From contig CBDFJQ010000002.1 of assembly GCA_965248575.1 (NCBI GenBank), positions 2,624,001 to 2,688,000 of the forward strand: a stretch of DNA of 64,000 nucleotides. The letters run 5' to 3'. Positions 1 through 9,800 of this stretch are shown piece by piece. The notes beneath the pieces were generated by a model. It had not been told where the DNA came from. It worked only from the letters and a program-made list of their open reading frames with translations, and did no database searches. Made by a program: the position numbers and the translations under genes. Each line of letters begins with the position of its first letter. The stretch's first letter is position 1. This stretch comes from Planctomycetota bacterium (GTDB lineage: Bacteria > Planctomycetota > B15-G4).

Positions 1-2
1 TC

Positions 3-1448
3 GTGGACTCGGGGCTCGTCCTGCCGGCGCCCGTGGTGCTGGGCGAGGGAGGCCACTCGCTGCCGCGGCAGATCATCGACAACGACACACGGGGCGGCCA
101 GGTGTCCAACACCGCCACCCTCTTCGACCCTGAACAGGACGGCCTCGACAGCTTCGAGTCCTTGGAAGGCATGCGCGTCCAAGTCCGGGAGGCCTATGCC
201 ATCGGGGCGACAACGTCCTTCGGAGAGCTGCCTGTGCTGGCCGATGGCGGCCGCCTGGCGACGGGTCTTTCCGTGCGTGGAGCCCTCTTGCGCAGCGCAG
301 AGGACGCCAACCCTGAACGCATCCTGGTGGACGATGAGTTGACGCCGACACCCCAGGCCGAGCTCGGAGACCGCTTCTCTAGCCCTCTTGTCGGTGTCCT
401 GGATTACAGCTTCGGGAACCCCAAGCTGCTGCTCACCGAGACGGCCCAAGTCGTTCCAGGCAGTCGGCCGGCAGAACATCTCAGCAACACGGCCGGCCTG
501 CGGGTCGCCAGCCTGAACGTGCAGAACCTCTCGCCTCAGAGCAGCGGCGAGCGCATCGCCGAGCTGGCCAAGACCCTGGTGTTCGGGCTGAACGCCCCCG
601 ACCTGGTGGCCTTGCAGGAAGTGCAGGACGGCAGCGGCCCCCTCAATGATGGGGTCGTGTCTGGCCTTCCCAGCTTGATGCTGCTGCAGGGTGCGATTCG
701 TTCCCTGGGGGGCCCACGTTACATCGCCGTGGAGATTGCTCCGCTCGACGGCATGGATGGCGGCCAGCCCGGCGGGAACATCCGCGTGGCTTTCCTTTAT
801 CGCGCCGACAGCGACCTGCGTCTCGTGGCACGAGCTGGCGGCGATGCCACGACCCCCACCTTGGTGCAGGTCGGGGCGGATGGGTCGCCGCAGCTCGCTC
901 CCAGCCCTGGGCGGATCGCCCCCGAGGACCCGGCTTGGTTGAACAGTCGCAAGCCGCTGACGGCGGAGTTCGAGTGGCGTGGGCAAGCGCTGTTCATCGT
1001 GAACGTGCACCTGTCTTCCAAGCTGGGTGACACGCCACTTTTCGGTGCCTGGCAGCCGCCCGTCCTGGCCTCGGAAGCCAAGCGACTGCCGCAAGCGCGG
1101 GTCGTGCGTGACTTCGTCGCGAAGATCCTGGCGGCCGATCCTCAAGCGGCAGTGCTCGTCCTGGGCGACTGCAACGACTTCGAGTGGTCCCCGGCCCTTG
1201 CGGAATTCCAGGCGGGGGGGCTGCTGCACAACCTCACGGACGGCGTGCCCCAGGGCGAGCGGGGCAGCTACATCTACCAGGGCAATACGCAGACGCTCGA
1301 CCACGCCTTGGCCAGCTCCGCCCTCCTGCCGGCCCTGCTGGATTACCGCATCGTGCACCGGCACGCGGGGCGGCTCGAGGCACCCTCGGACCACGACCCC
1401 CTGCTGCTCGACCTCTCCCCAACCGACCTGCCCAACGGCTTGCGCTGA
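3..1448 (+). CDS. Extracellular endonuclease/exonuclease/phosphatase (ExeM/YhcR-like: OB-fold plus EEP domain), 5'-truncated by the window edge
   Basis: OB-fold signatures ESLEGMRV, NPERI and GVLDYSFG. EEP motifs SLNVQN, ALQEVQD, NVHLSSK, LGDCND, TLDH and SDHDP. Confidence 0.85.
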   Translation: MDSGLVLPAPVVLGEGGHSLPRQIIDNDTRGGQVSNTATLFDPEQDGLDSFESLEGMRVQVREAYAIGATTSFGELPVLADGGRLATGLSVRGALLRSAEDANPERILVDDELTPTPQAELGDRFSSPLVGVLDYSFGNPKLLLTETAQVVPGSRPAEHLSNTAGLRVASLNVQNLSPQSSGERIAELAKTLVFGLNAPDLVALQEVQDGSGPLNDGVVSGLPSLMLLQGAIRSLGGPRYIAVEIAPLDGMDGGQPGGNIRVAFLYRADSDLRLVARAGGDATTPTLVQVGADGSPQLAPSPGRIAPEDPAWLNSRKPLTAEFEWRGQALFIVNVHLSSKLGDTPLFGAWQPPVLASEAKRLPQARVVRDFVAKILAADPQAAVLVLGDCNDFEWSPALAEFQAGGLLHNLTDGVPQGERGSYIYQGNTQTLDHALASSALLPALLDYRIVHRHAGRLEAPSDHDPLLLDLSPTDLPNGLR

Positions 1449-1609
1449 CGGCAGGAGCCGGCCCGCGGCCTGACCGGAGCGGCCATCCAGAAGCTGGCGG
1501 CCTCCGAACGGGCTTCCCACGCCAGCCCCCACGACATCCCTGGGGTGATCCGCAAAGCACTCATGGGCTAGACTCCCGGATTCGACCTTCCACCATCCGG
1601 AGTGACCCC

Positions 1610-2773
1610 ATGGTCCCCGCCCGACGCTTTGCCCTCGGCCTGTTCTCCCTGCTGGCCCTCACCCTCCCCACCCTGGCGCAGGACGGCCTCGCCGACGAGG
1701 CCCAGGCTGCTGCCGACAAGGTCACGAAAGCGACCGAGTGGACTGAAGGCCGCTACGCCTATGTCGTCGTGTCCACCTCCGCTGGCGACATGACCCTCGA
1801 GCTTGACCATGACAAGGCTCCCAAGACCGTCGAGAACTTCCTCAAGTACGTCGACGAGGACTTCTACAGCGGCACGATCTTCCACCGCGTCATCGCTGGC
1901 TTCATGTGCCAGGGCGGAGGCTTCACCACGGACTACCAACGCAAGGGCACCAACCCTCCCGTGGAAAACGAGGCCGACAACGGCCTGAACAACACCTCCG
2001 GCACCATCGCCATGGCTCGCGTCGGGCCCCACACCGCGACGAGCCAGTTCTTCCTCAACACCGCCGACAACAAGATGCTCGACCACACGGCGCCCACCCC
2101 CACCGGCTGGGGCTACGCCGTGTTCGGGCAAGTCATCGAGGGTCTCGAGACCCTGGAGGCCATCCGCACCACGCCCGTGGAAGTGGACCCCCGAGTCGGC
2201 CGCGAGCAAGCAGCCCCCGTCACGCAGGTCGTCATCAACAAGGTGACCCGCGCGGACCCCCAGATGTGTGCGGGCGCCATCGTCGCAGTGCGCAAGCGGG
2301 AAGCGGTCGCCCAGGCCCAGGTCGCCGAGCTGGAGGCCGCCAAGGTCGTGCGCGAGGCAGCTCTCGCGAAGCTCGTGGAGAAGTACGGCAGCGAAGGCAT
2401 CGCCCTGGTCGCCCAGAAGGGCCACGACGTCTCCAAGGGTTCCACGTCAAGCACCGGGCTCTGGTCTCTCGACACCGTGCCTGGCACCGGCGCCCAGCCC
2501 ACGGCCTCTGACACGGTCACCGTGCACTACACGGGCTGGTTCACCGACGGTGGCGTCTTTGACTCCTCCGTTGAGCGGGGTGAGCCCACCAGCTTCCCTC
2601 TCAGTGGTGTCATCAAGGGCTGGACCGAGGGTGTGGCCGGCATGAAGGTCGGCGGCAAGCGCTTCCTGGTCATCCCCCACGAGCTGGCCTACGGCGAGCG
2701 CGGCTACCCCGGCGTGATCCCGGAGCGGGCGACCCTGGTGTTCGAGATCGAGCTGCTGAAGATCGGCGGCTGA
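1610..2773 (+). CDS. Exported dual-family peptidyl-prolyl isomerase (N-terminal cyclophilin plus C-terminal FKBP domain)
   Basis: Signal peptide after ATG 1610 (MVPARRFALGLFSLLALTLPTLA). Cyclophilin motifs APKTVENF, FHRVIAGFMCQGG, ATSQFF and GYAVFG. FKBP motifs VHYTGW, FDSS, VIKGWTEG, LAYG and LVFEIELL. Confidence 0.92.
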   Translation: MVPARRFALGLFSLLALTLPTLAQDGLADEAQAAADKVTKATEWTEGRYAYVVVSTSAGDMTLELDHDKAPKTVENFLKYVDEDFYSGTIFHRVIAGFMCQGGGFTTDYQRKGTNPPVENEADNGLNNTSGTIAMARVGPHTATSQFFLNTADNKMLDHTAPTPTGWGYAVFGQVIEGLETLEAIRTTPVEVDPRVGREQAAPVTQVVINKVTRADPQMCAGAIVAVRKREAVAQAQVAELEAAKVVREAALAKLVEKYGSEGIALVAQKGHDVSKGSTSSTGLWSLDTVPGTGAQPTASDTVTVHYTGWFTDGGVFDSSVERGEPTSFPLSGVIKGWTEGVAGMKVGGKRFLVIPHELAYGERGYPGVIPERATLVFEIELLKIGG

Positions 2774-2777
2774 TTTC

Positions 2778-2819
2778 AACGGGGAAGCGGGCCTCCCGCT
2801 GGGAGATTCCGCCTCCGTT
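2778..2819 (+). terminator. GC-rich stem-loop after the PPIase stop codon (possible terminator or stabiliser)
   Basis: AACGGGG..GCGG..CTCCC-GCT-GGGAG..CCGC-CTCCGTT can fold into a long imperfect hairpin. There is no strong U-tract. Confidence 0.35.
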
Positions 2820-2892
2820 CCCTCAATCAACGCCCCCCGACGTGGGCAGGTCGTGCCTACAATGCACGTCCACCACGCGGGGGGCGTTGACG

Positions 2893-4176
2893 ATGCATCG
2901 CAGGACATTCTTGGGCGGCCTGGGGCTGCCCCTCGTCGCGGCAGGAGTCCTGCTGGACCCCAAGCGCGCGGTGTCGGCCCTGGCCTCAGTGGCCAGGTCA
3001 CCCCGCAGCAGCACGGCTGCTGACGAAGATTACTGGGCCACCATCGGCCAAGCCTTCACCGTCGACCGCAGCCTGGTCAACTTGAACAACGGCGGCGTGA
3101 GCCCGTCCCCCGCCATCGTCCAAGAAGCCATGGGCCGCCACCTGGCGTTCAGCAACCAGGCCCCCGCCTACAGCATGTGGCGCGTGCTCGAGCCCCAGCG
3201 CGAACAGGTGCGCGCGCGCCTCGCCCGGGCCTGGAAGGTCGACCCGGAAGAGATCGCCCTGACCCGCAACGCGAGCGAGGGCCTGCAGATCTGCCAGTTC
3301 GGCTTCGACTTGCAGCCAGGCGACGAGGTGCTCACCAGCACCCAGGACTACCCGCGCATGTTGAGCACCTTCGAGCAACGGGTGCGGCGCGAAGGCATCG
3401 TGCTGAACAAGATCTCGCTGCCCACTCCCTGCGAAGACGACGACGAGGTGGTGCGCCGCTTCGAGCAAGCCATCACGCCGCGCACGCGACTGATGCTGGT
3501 GAGCCACGTCATCAATCTCACGGGGCAGATCCTGCCGGTCGCCAAGGTGGTCGCCATGGCTCGCAGCCATGGCATCCCCTGCATCGTCGATGGCGCCCAC
3601 GCCTTCGCCCACTTCGAGTTCGACCTCGCGGAACTCGACTGCGACTACTACGCGACGAGCCTGCACAAGTGGCTGTGCGCCCCCCACGGAACGGGGCTGC
3701 TCTACGTGCGCCGGGAGAAGATCCCGGACCTCTGGCCGCTCATGGCGGCCGACGAGACCTTGGACGGCGACATCCGCAAGTTCGAGCAGATCGGCACCCA
3801 CCCCGCCGCCAACACCCTAGCCATCGCCGAGGCCCTCAGCTTCCACCAGGGCATCGGTGCCGCGCGCAAGCAGGCGCGGCTCGTCGAGTTGCGGGATCGC
3901 TGGGCCCTGCCCCTGCTCGAAGACGAGCGGGTGCATCTGCACACCAGCCTGAAGCCCGGCTTCGCCTGCGGCATTGCCACCGTGCAGATCGAGGGCATCG
4001 ACAGCGCCGAACTCAACCGCCACCTGTGGCGCACCCATCGCATCCTCACGACGAGTATTCAGCACGAGGAGTTCGAAGGGGTGCGGGTCTCCCCCAACGT
4101 CTACATCAGCCTGGAAGAGATTGACCGCTTCGTGGATGTCATGCGAGATGTGCTGGCGAACGGCCTCCCCGCCTGA
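2893..4176 (+). CDS. Class V PLP-dependent aminotransferase-fold enzyme (isopenicillin N epimerase/cysteine lyase-like) with a Tat signal
   Basis: MHRRTFL twin-arginine motif. Fold motifs LNNGGVSP, RNASEG, VDGAH, SLHKWL (PLP lysine) and VRVSP. Confidence 0.85.
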   Translation: MHRRTFLGGLGLPLVAAGVLLDPKRAVSALASVARSPRSSTAADEDYWATIGQAFTVDRSLVNLNNGGVSPSPAIVQEAMGRHLAFSNQAPAYSMWRVLEPQREQVRARLARAWKVDPEEIALTRNASEGLQICQFGFDLQPGDEVLTSTQDYPRMLSTFEQRVRREGIVLNKISLPTPCEDDDEVVRRFEQAITPRTRLMLVSHVINLTGQILPVAKVVAMARSHGIPCIVDGAHAFAHFEFDLAELDCDYYATSLHKWLCAPHGTGLLYVRREKIPDLWPLMAADETLDGDIRKFEQIGTHPAANTLAIAEALSFHQGIGAARKQARLVELRDRWALPLLEDERVHLHTSLKPGFACGIATVQIEGIDSAELNRHLWRTHRILTTSIQHEEFEGVRVSPNVYISLEEIDRFVDVMRDVLANGLPA

Positions 4177-4232
4177 GCCAGGACGCAGGGCCCCGTGCCG
4201 GAACCGGTGCGGGGATCGGTGCCTGAATGGGC

Positions 4233-6524
4233 TCAGCTGTCGTTCAGGACCCCGAGCCGTCGCAGCTGCTCAACGACCAGCGGGTCGAAGACCCTCTCCA
4301 CGGGTGCCGGACCGAGCGGGCGGTGCGCCTGGTTGTATTCGTCAAGCATGCCCTGCAGCCGGCGGACCCACTCCGGCACCGCCTGCGCGATGTCTTCATG
4401 TTCATTCGGGTCTGCGTGGAGGTCGTAGAGCTGCACGGCGTCGGGCCGGTCGGCAGAGCCTGCCACTCGACCGACGATGAGTTTCCAACCGTCGTACTGC
4501 ACGGAATGAGCTTCGCGCCCGTGCTGGGAAACACGCGGAAGAGGCTCATCATTCACTTCGCGTAGGGAGCGCCCAGGCAGTCCGACGGCCAGCGGGAACT
4601 TCAGGGTCTCCAAGATCGTCGGCACCACATCCAGGGTGCTGGCCGGAGCCAGTTGCACCGAGCCGTAGGGTCGGTCGGGGTATTGAACGATGAGCGGCAC
4701 GGCGAGCAGTTCGCGATAGAGCGAAGTGCCGTGCTCTACTCGCCCATGCCCGAACAACTCCTCGCCGTGGTCGGAGGTGATGATCACCACACGATCCCCC
4801 GGGGGAACGACGTCGTCCAAGCGTTCCAGAAAGTCCACGAGGTAGTCGTCCAGGCGCGCGACGGCCGCGTCGTACAGCCGGTTGACATAAGTCTGGTCGG
4901 CGTCGGTTAGCTCCAGCCGACCCGCCTCGTAGGGTTCTATCACCCGTTCACGTGTGACGTCGCGCCCCATGAGCGGCCCGGCGTAGGGCTGCAGGGGATC
5001 TTCGAAGCGTGCGTCCGCCTGCCAGGGGGCGTGCACCAGATACGTCTGCATGAACAGGAACGCAGGGCGGTCGTCATCACGCTGCTCCAACCAGTCCAGG
5101 GACTCGTGCCAACGAGGGCTCTGGAAACCCCTCTCGTCGTAGACATCGAAGCCCTGGTCGAAGCCGAAGGCCGCGCTGACTGCGCCACCTTCCACCGTCG
5201 CGTAGGTGCGGTAGCCCTGCGCGCGAAGCCGGGTGCTCAACAAGGGCGTCGTGGTGCCCAGCACCTGGGGATACGCGCGCATGCCGTGCTGCGCCACGCT
5301 CTGTCCGCTGAGCAAGGACACTGTGGACGGCAAGGTCTTGTTGGAGGCCGACACGGTGTCCTTGTAGACGGTGGCGTGGGATGCCGCCCAGTCGTCCAGG
5401 CGCGGCGTCGTCCCGCGCCACGAGCCATAGGCCCCCAGGCGATCCGAGCGCAGTCCGTCCACGTTGATGACGATGACGTGCGGCTTGCCCGAGGACGGCA
5501 ACGGGGTCTGCTGGCCGCTCAAGGCGAGATCACTCCAGAAGCCGAAGGGCCAGCTGCCGTCCGTGCTCTCCCCACGCTCTGTTTTCAGACGCAGGCTCAC
5601 ACGGCCTGCGGGCAAGGACGACAAGTCCACCACGTCGGACACGAAGCCCTCTTCCGCGCTGACCGTGCGCGTCCACAGCTCGTAGCGCGAGCCCCCTGAC
5701 CGGGCGATGACCGAGAAGCGCACGGGCAACTGGTTCCACATCTTCTGCATGACGCGACCACCGTCGTCGCGCTGATAGACGCGCTCTGCCACGGCCACCA
5801 CGACGTGCAGGCGCGAGCCGTCCAGGTGCGCGACATCCAGCGCCAGACTCGACGGTGCTGGAACGAGCAACCCCGAACGGGTCTGCGTCCCCACGGTCAT
5901 CTTGTGCGCGAGATCCGAGGCGGTCAGCGTGCCTTCATCCAGATGAGCGCTTGCCCCCACCAGCTCGGAGCCCTGGGTCAGCAGTGCGTGGCCGGGAGCC
6001 CAACGACCGATGGCCATGAGCATCGAGTTGACCGTGTCCCACCAGAAGATCAACTCGCCGTCGTCGTCGCGCCAAAGGTACTCCGCCCCCTCCAGGACCC
6101 ACGGCTGCAAGCTGCGGCCGGCGTGCCGCAGGGACGGCGCCTCGATGCCCGGTCGGAAGCCCACCGTCGGCACGGCACGGAACACCCTGGCATCGGCGGG
6201 TAGTTCGAGGCTGTGCCGGAAGGGAGCGGGCAGCGAATCACCGCGGTCCCACTCGTCGGGCCGGACGCGCAGGACACCAGGTGCTGAGACGTCGCTGTGC
6301 GAAATGGCAATGTCCGCTGGCAGGCCCGTCTCGGGGTAGTTGGTGAGTTCCCAATCCGCCGCCCGATCCAGCAAGGTCTCCGCCGGGCGCAGCACGACCC
6401 CCAACTGCTCAGCGGCCTCGACCTGCTCCGACGGCCCGCAGCCCCACACGCTTCCGAGCACCAGGCCCCAGAGCAACAACGCCCTGGCCTGGATTGGCAC
6501 TCGGAGAAGCGGTCGCGTGAACAT
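4233..6524 (-). CDS. Sulfatase-like (alkaline phosphatase superfamily) lipoprotein with an N-terminal accessory domain; start uncertain (ORF extends to 6644)
   Basis: Motifs INVDGLRSD, TTPRLD, KTLPS (no CxPxR), HAPW, YDAAV, TSDHGE, HG and LYDLHADP. Lipobox-like VWGC after a hydrophobic stretch from ATG 6524. Confidence 0.8.
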   Translation of the reverse strand: MFTRPLLRVPIQARALLLWGLVLGSVWGCGPSEQVEAAEQLGVVLRPAETLLDRAADWELTNYPETGLPADIAISHSDVSAPGVLRVRPDEWDRGDSLPAPFRHSLELPADARVFRAVPTVGFRPGIEAPSLRHAGRSLQPWVLEGAEYLWRDDDGELIFWWDTVNSMLMAIGRWAPGHALLTQGSELVGASAHLDEGTLTASDLAHKMTVGTQTRSGLLVPAPSSLALDVAHLDGSRLHVVVAVAERVYQRDDGGRVMQKMWNQLPVRFSVIARSGGSRYELWTRTVSAEEGFVSDVVDLSSLPAGRVSLRLKTERGESTDGSWPFGFWSDLALSGQQTPLPSSGKPHVIVINVDGLRSDRLGAYGSWRGTTPRLDDWAASHATVYKDTVSASNKTLPSTVSLLSGQSVAQHGMRAYPQVLGTTTPLLSTRLRAQGYRTYATVEGGAVSAAFGFDQGFDVYDERGFQSPRWHESLDWLEQRDDDRPAFLFMQTYLVHAPWQADARFEDPLQPYAGPLMGRDVTRERVIEPYEAGRLELTDADQTYVNRLYDAAVARLDDYLVDFLERLDDVVPPGDRVVIITSDHGEELFGHGRVEHGTSLYRELLAVPLIVQYPDRPYGSVQLAPASTLDVVPTILETLKFPLAVGLPGRSLREVNDEPLPRVSQHGREAHSVQYDGWKLIVGRVAGSADRPDAVQLYDLHADPNEHEDIAQAVPEWVRRLQGMLDEYNQAHRPLGPAPVERVFDPLVVEQLRRLGVLNDS

Positions 6525-6805
6525 GCGCTCGGGGCCGTCCTGGAGACACGTCGCCCCCGTGGACGGCACCACGCCGCCCGGGGAACGATCGTCGGAAGAG
6601 AGATCTGCCCCATCCGTATCGGCGCTTTGGGCATCCCGACTCATTGCCCGAAACGGCAGAGAAACCCATCAATGCGCGCCGTTCAGACGAACAGAGGGTT
6701 CTGAGAACGCTTTCGCGACAAGCCGCCCAACGCCGGTCTCAGATCCTCAGCGCCCGCCCCCGGGCTCTCGCCGGTCTCTCTCGCAGCAAATGCCGGCGAC
6801 CGACC

Positions 6806-7414
6806 TTAGGCGGGGATCGAGGTCCCACGTAGGCCGTAGGTCACGAATTCGAGCTCGCCAGTCTCACCGGGGCGGCTCTCGAGCGGCTCGTAGTGGCGCA
6901 AGATCCAGGCCTCATCGAACGGGAAGAGAACGTCGTCAGCCTGGACGGGAACGGAAGGGACCCATGTGACGACCAGCTTCTCGGGAAGTGGAAGACCGCG
7001 GCTTGCATGAGCCGAGCGGGCACCCGCGGGCTGCGAGCCGTCCTCATCGAGGGGCTCCAGCATCTCCCGGAACAGCGAGCTGCCCCCCAGGATCCAGAGG
7101 TGATCACTGCCGTCGGGCTGCTCCCGAGCCACCCACTGGCAGGCCTCTGGCAGGGAGCCGAAGAGGCGCACGCCACCATCGTCTCGGCCTTTGGGCCCTG
7201 CGTCCGCTGCCTTGCTGCGCGAGATCACGAGGTTCGTCCGCTTGGGCAAGGGCTTGGCGCCGATGGAATCGTAAGACCCGCGCCCCATGACGACGGTCTG
7301 ACCCCGGGTGCTGGCCTTGAAGTGCTTGAGGTCTTCGGACCAATGCCAGGGGAGGTCGTTGTTGCGGCCGATGAGCCGCTCCCTCGTCATGGCGACGATC
7401 AGGCTGGCGCTCAC
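6806..7414 (-). CDS. folA: Dihydrofolate reductase
   Basis: Motifs LIVAM, IG..NDLPW, EDLKHFK, VVMGR, PLPKRTNLVISR and ILGG. GTG start overlaps the thyA stop (GTGA). Confidence 0.88.
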   Translation of the reverse strand: MSASLIVAMTRERLIGRNNDLPWHWSEDLKHFKASTRGQTVVMGRGSYDSIGAKPLPKRTNLVISRSKAADAGPKGRDDGGVRLFGSLPEACQWVAREQPDGSDHLWILGGSSLFREMLEPLDEDGSQPAGARSAHASRGLPLPEKLVVTWVPSVPVQADDVLFPFDEAWILRHYEPLESRPGETGELEFVTYGLRGTSIPA

Positions 7415-8250
7415 ACGGCCACCTTGAAGGGGATCGCCGAGTGACTCGCGTAGCCCGTCAGTTCGAAGTCTTCGAAGGTCAACTGCTCGAAGGGCTTCTT
7501 GGCGATGTGCAGGGTGGGCAGGTCCATGGGCTTGCGCGTGAGTTGCTCACGCATGCCTTCGATGTGGCCGTACTCAGCCATGCTGCCGTCTGGCTTCGCG
7601 CAGTAGATGTGCGCGTCCACGATGGAGTGGGCGAAGCGCCCCACACCCAGCCCCACCTCTTGCGCCAGCATCTGGGTCAGCGTGGCGTAGGCCGCGAGGT
7701 TGAACGGGATGCCCAGCGCCACATCGCCCGAGCGCTGGCTGAGGTGACAGTTCAGCTTGCCGCCCAAGACCTGAAAGGCGTAGGTGTAGTGGCACGGCGG
7801 CAGGCGGCTGCCCCAGGCGTTGCCGGGCTCCCAAGCCGTCACCACCATGCGCCGGCTTTCGGGGTTCTCGCGCAAGCAGTTGAGCACGTTGGCAATCTGG
7901 TCGATCTCCCGCACGTGCCACGCGCCGGACGCGTCCTTGGTGGCGCTGGGGAACTTCCGCCAGTAGTTGCCATAGGCCGTCTCGAGCACGCCGTTCTCAT
8001 CCGCCCAGGCGTCCCAGATCTTGGTGTGCTGCCGAAGGTTGCGGATGTGGTCATCGCCCGAGAGGTACCAGAGCAACTCACGCAGCACGGACTTCCAGCG
8101 CATCTTCTTGGTGGTCAGGAGCGGGAATCCCTGGGCCAGATCCACGCTGTAGTGCGCCGCGAAGGTGGCGATGGTGTCCACGCCGGTCCGGCTGGACTTG
8201 CGCACACCGTGCTCAAGGACGTCTCGGACCAGTTCCAGGTATTCCTTCAT
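7411..8250 (-). CDS. thyA: Thymidylate synthase
   Basis: Motifs FPLLTTKK, ELLWYL, IWDAWAD, SRR, LPPCH (catalytic Cys), QRSGD, GIPFN and DAHIY. Start at MKEYLE. Confidence 0.97.
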   Translation of the reverse strand: MKEYLELVRDVLEHGVRKSSRTGVDTIATFAAHYSVDLAQGFPLLTTKKMRWKSVLRELLWYLSGDDHIRNLRQHTKIWDAWADENGVLETAYGNYWRKFPSATKDASGAWHVREIDQIANVLNCLRENPESRRMVVTAWEPGNAWGSRLPPCHYTYAFQVLGGKLNCHLSQRSGDVALGIPFNLAAYATLTQMLAQEVGLGVGRFAHSIVDAHIYCAKPDGSMAEYGHIEGMREQLTRKPMDLPTLHIAKKPFEQLTFEDFELTGYASHSAIPFKVAV

Positions 8251-8349
8251 GGTGCAGCCTGTAGTCGGGAGGTGCTCGGGAGGGGCGCGCGATTCTAGAG
8301 GTCCCCGGCCCCGGGGCAAGGCGGCGGCGAGAGTTCCTCGCGAGGTAGC

Positions 8350-9621
8350 ATGGCCGCCCCCATGCAGACGCCTCCTCCCTCCCCTCCGGCCTCCTCCCCA
8401 CCCCCGCCGTCCTCAGCCTCGTCAAGCCGCAACGTTCGAAGGCCTGGGCGGGCGGAAGCCGACCAGGTGGCTCCAGAGCCCCCGGGCGCCGTGGATGACT
8501 GGCGCTGGCAACACGCCCATGCGGCCACCTCGCTGGAAGACATCGAGGCTCTCTTTCCAGGGCGTTTCGACCTCGCGAGCGGGTCCAGCGGACAGATCCA
8601 AGGTCTTCAGGGTATCCGGGACGCCATCGCCCTCTACGGCATGCGGGCGACGCCCTACTACCTCTCCCTCGCCCAGAGCGCCTCGGAACAAGACCCGATC
8701 TGGACCCTGGCGGTGCCCTCACCGAGGGAGACGCTGCGGACCCCCGACGAACTCGACGACCCCATCGGAGACGAGGCCGACGGCCTCCACCCCCACAAGG
8801 CCCTGACCCGCCGCTACAAGGACCGGGTGCTGCTGTACCCGACGCCGATCTGTTCGGTCCACTGCCGCCACTGCTTCCGCAAGCGGTTGGTGGGCAAGGC
8901 GGCCCACGCCGTGACGGGCGATGAGCTGAACGTCGCACTCGACTGGATCGCCAACGAACCCGAGCTGCACGAGGTCATCCTCACGGGCGGCGACCCGCTC
9001 ACCCTCGGTGACGATCGGCTGCTCGACATCCTCACCCGCCTGGACGCCATGCCCCAAGTGTGGTCCCTGCGAGTGCACACGCGCATGCCCGTCGTGAACC
9101 CGTCCCGAATCACGGAGGACCTCTGCGCGGCGCTCTCTCGACTCAAGACGCCCGTGCTCGTGGTCACCCACGCGAACCATGCTGTCGAGGTGACGCCGAT
9201 GCTGACCCGCGCCGTGCGTCGCCTGCGTGCAGCGGGAGTCGATGTGCTGAACCAGGCCGTCCTGCTGCGCGGCCTCAATGATTCGGCGGACGTGCATCGC
9301 GAGCTGCTCTGGGCCCTGCTGCGAGCTGGCGTGCGGCCCTACGCGCTGCATCACGCCGACCTCGTGCCCGGCACGAGCCACCTGCGCACAAGCATCGAAA
9401 CAGGAACGACCCTCATGCGCGCCTTGCGGGGCACCGTGCCCGGCCACGCACTGCCTCGCTACGTACTGGACGTTCCGGGCGGCCATGGCAAGGTGCCCCT
9501 GGACCATCCATGGGTCTCGTCGGAAGGGCCTGACCGTCTGCGCATCGAGGCCCCCGACGGCTCGATCCAGTTCTACCGTGGCCCGGCTTTGCCCGCGCCC
9601 CCCAGCTCGGGCGTGTCCTAA
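8350..9621 (+). CDS. KamA/EpmB-family radical SAM lysine 2,3-aminomutase-like protein
   Basis: CSVHCRHC cluster motif, ILTGGDPL, HTRMPV, HANH, NQAVLL, HHAD, and YVLDVPGGHGK (substrate Asp and PLP Lys). Confidence 0.88.
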   Translation: MAAPMQTPPPSPPASSPPPPSSASSSRNVRRPGRAEADQVAPEPPGAVDDWRWQHAHAATSLEDIEALFPGRFDLASGSSGQIQGLQGIRDAIALYGMRATPYYLSLAQSASEQDPIWTLAVPSPRETLRTPDELDDPIGDEADGLHPHKALTRRYKDRVLLYPTPICSVHCRHCFRKRLVGKAAHAVTGDELNVALDWIANEPELHEVILTGGDPLTLGDDRLLDILTRLDAMPQVWSLRVHTRMPVVNPSRITEDLCAALSRLKTPVLVVTHANHAVEVTPMLTRAVRRLRAAGVDVLNQAVLLRGLNDSADVHRELLWALLRAGVRPYALHHADLVPGTSHLRTSIETGTTLMRALRGTVPGHALPRYVLDVPGGHGKVPLDHPWVSSEGPDRLRIEAPDGSIQFYRGPALPAPPSSGVS

Positions 9622-9800
9622 GCGGGCGACGGCCCACACGGCGGCGGATATCCGTTCTATCATGGGCCCCGAAGTTGGGGATCGCCCGTGACACAGCTCT
9701 CGCCTGAAAGACGCGTCGTCTCCGAGGCTACGAGGTGCCCCCTCCCCGTCAGGCTTGGAAGCAGGCACACGAACGACCGCGCATCTTGTCGAGCATCACC

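Noticed and set aside
1184..1609. Long N-terminal extensions given by the ORF track (also for thyA, 38110, 32510, 33628 and 56908)
   Set aside because: They overlap neighbouring genes or are low-complexity. Downstream starts give proper signal peptides, family-typical N-termini or stop/start overlaps.
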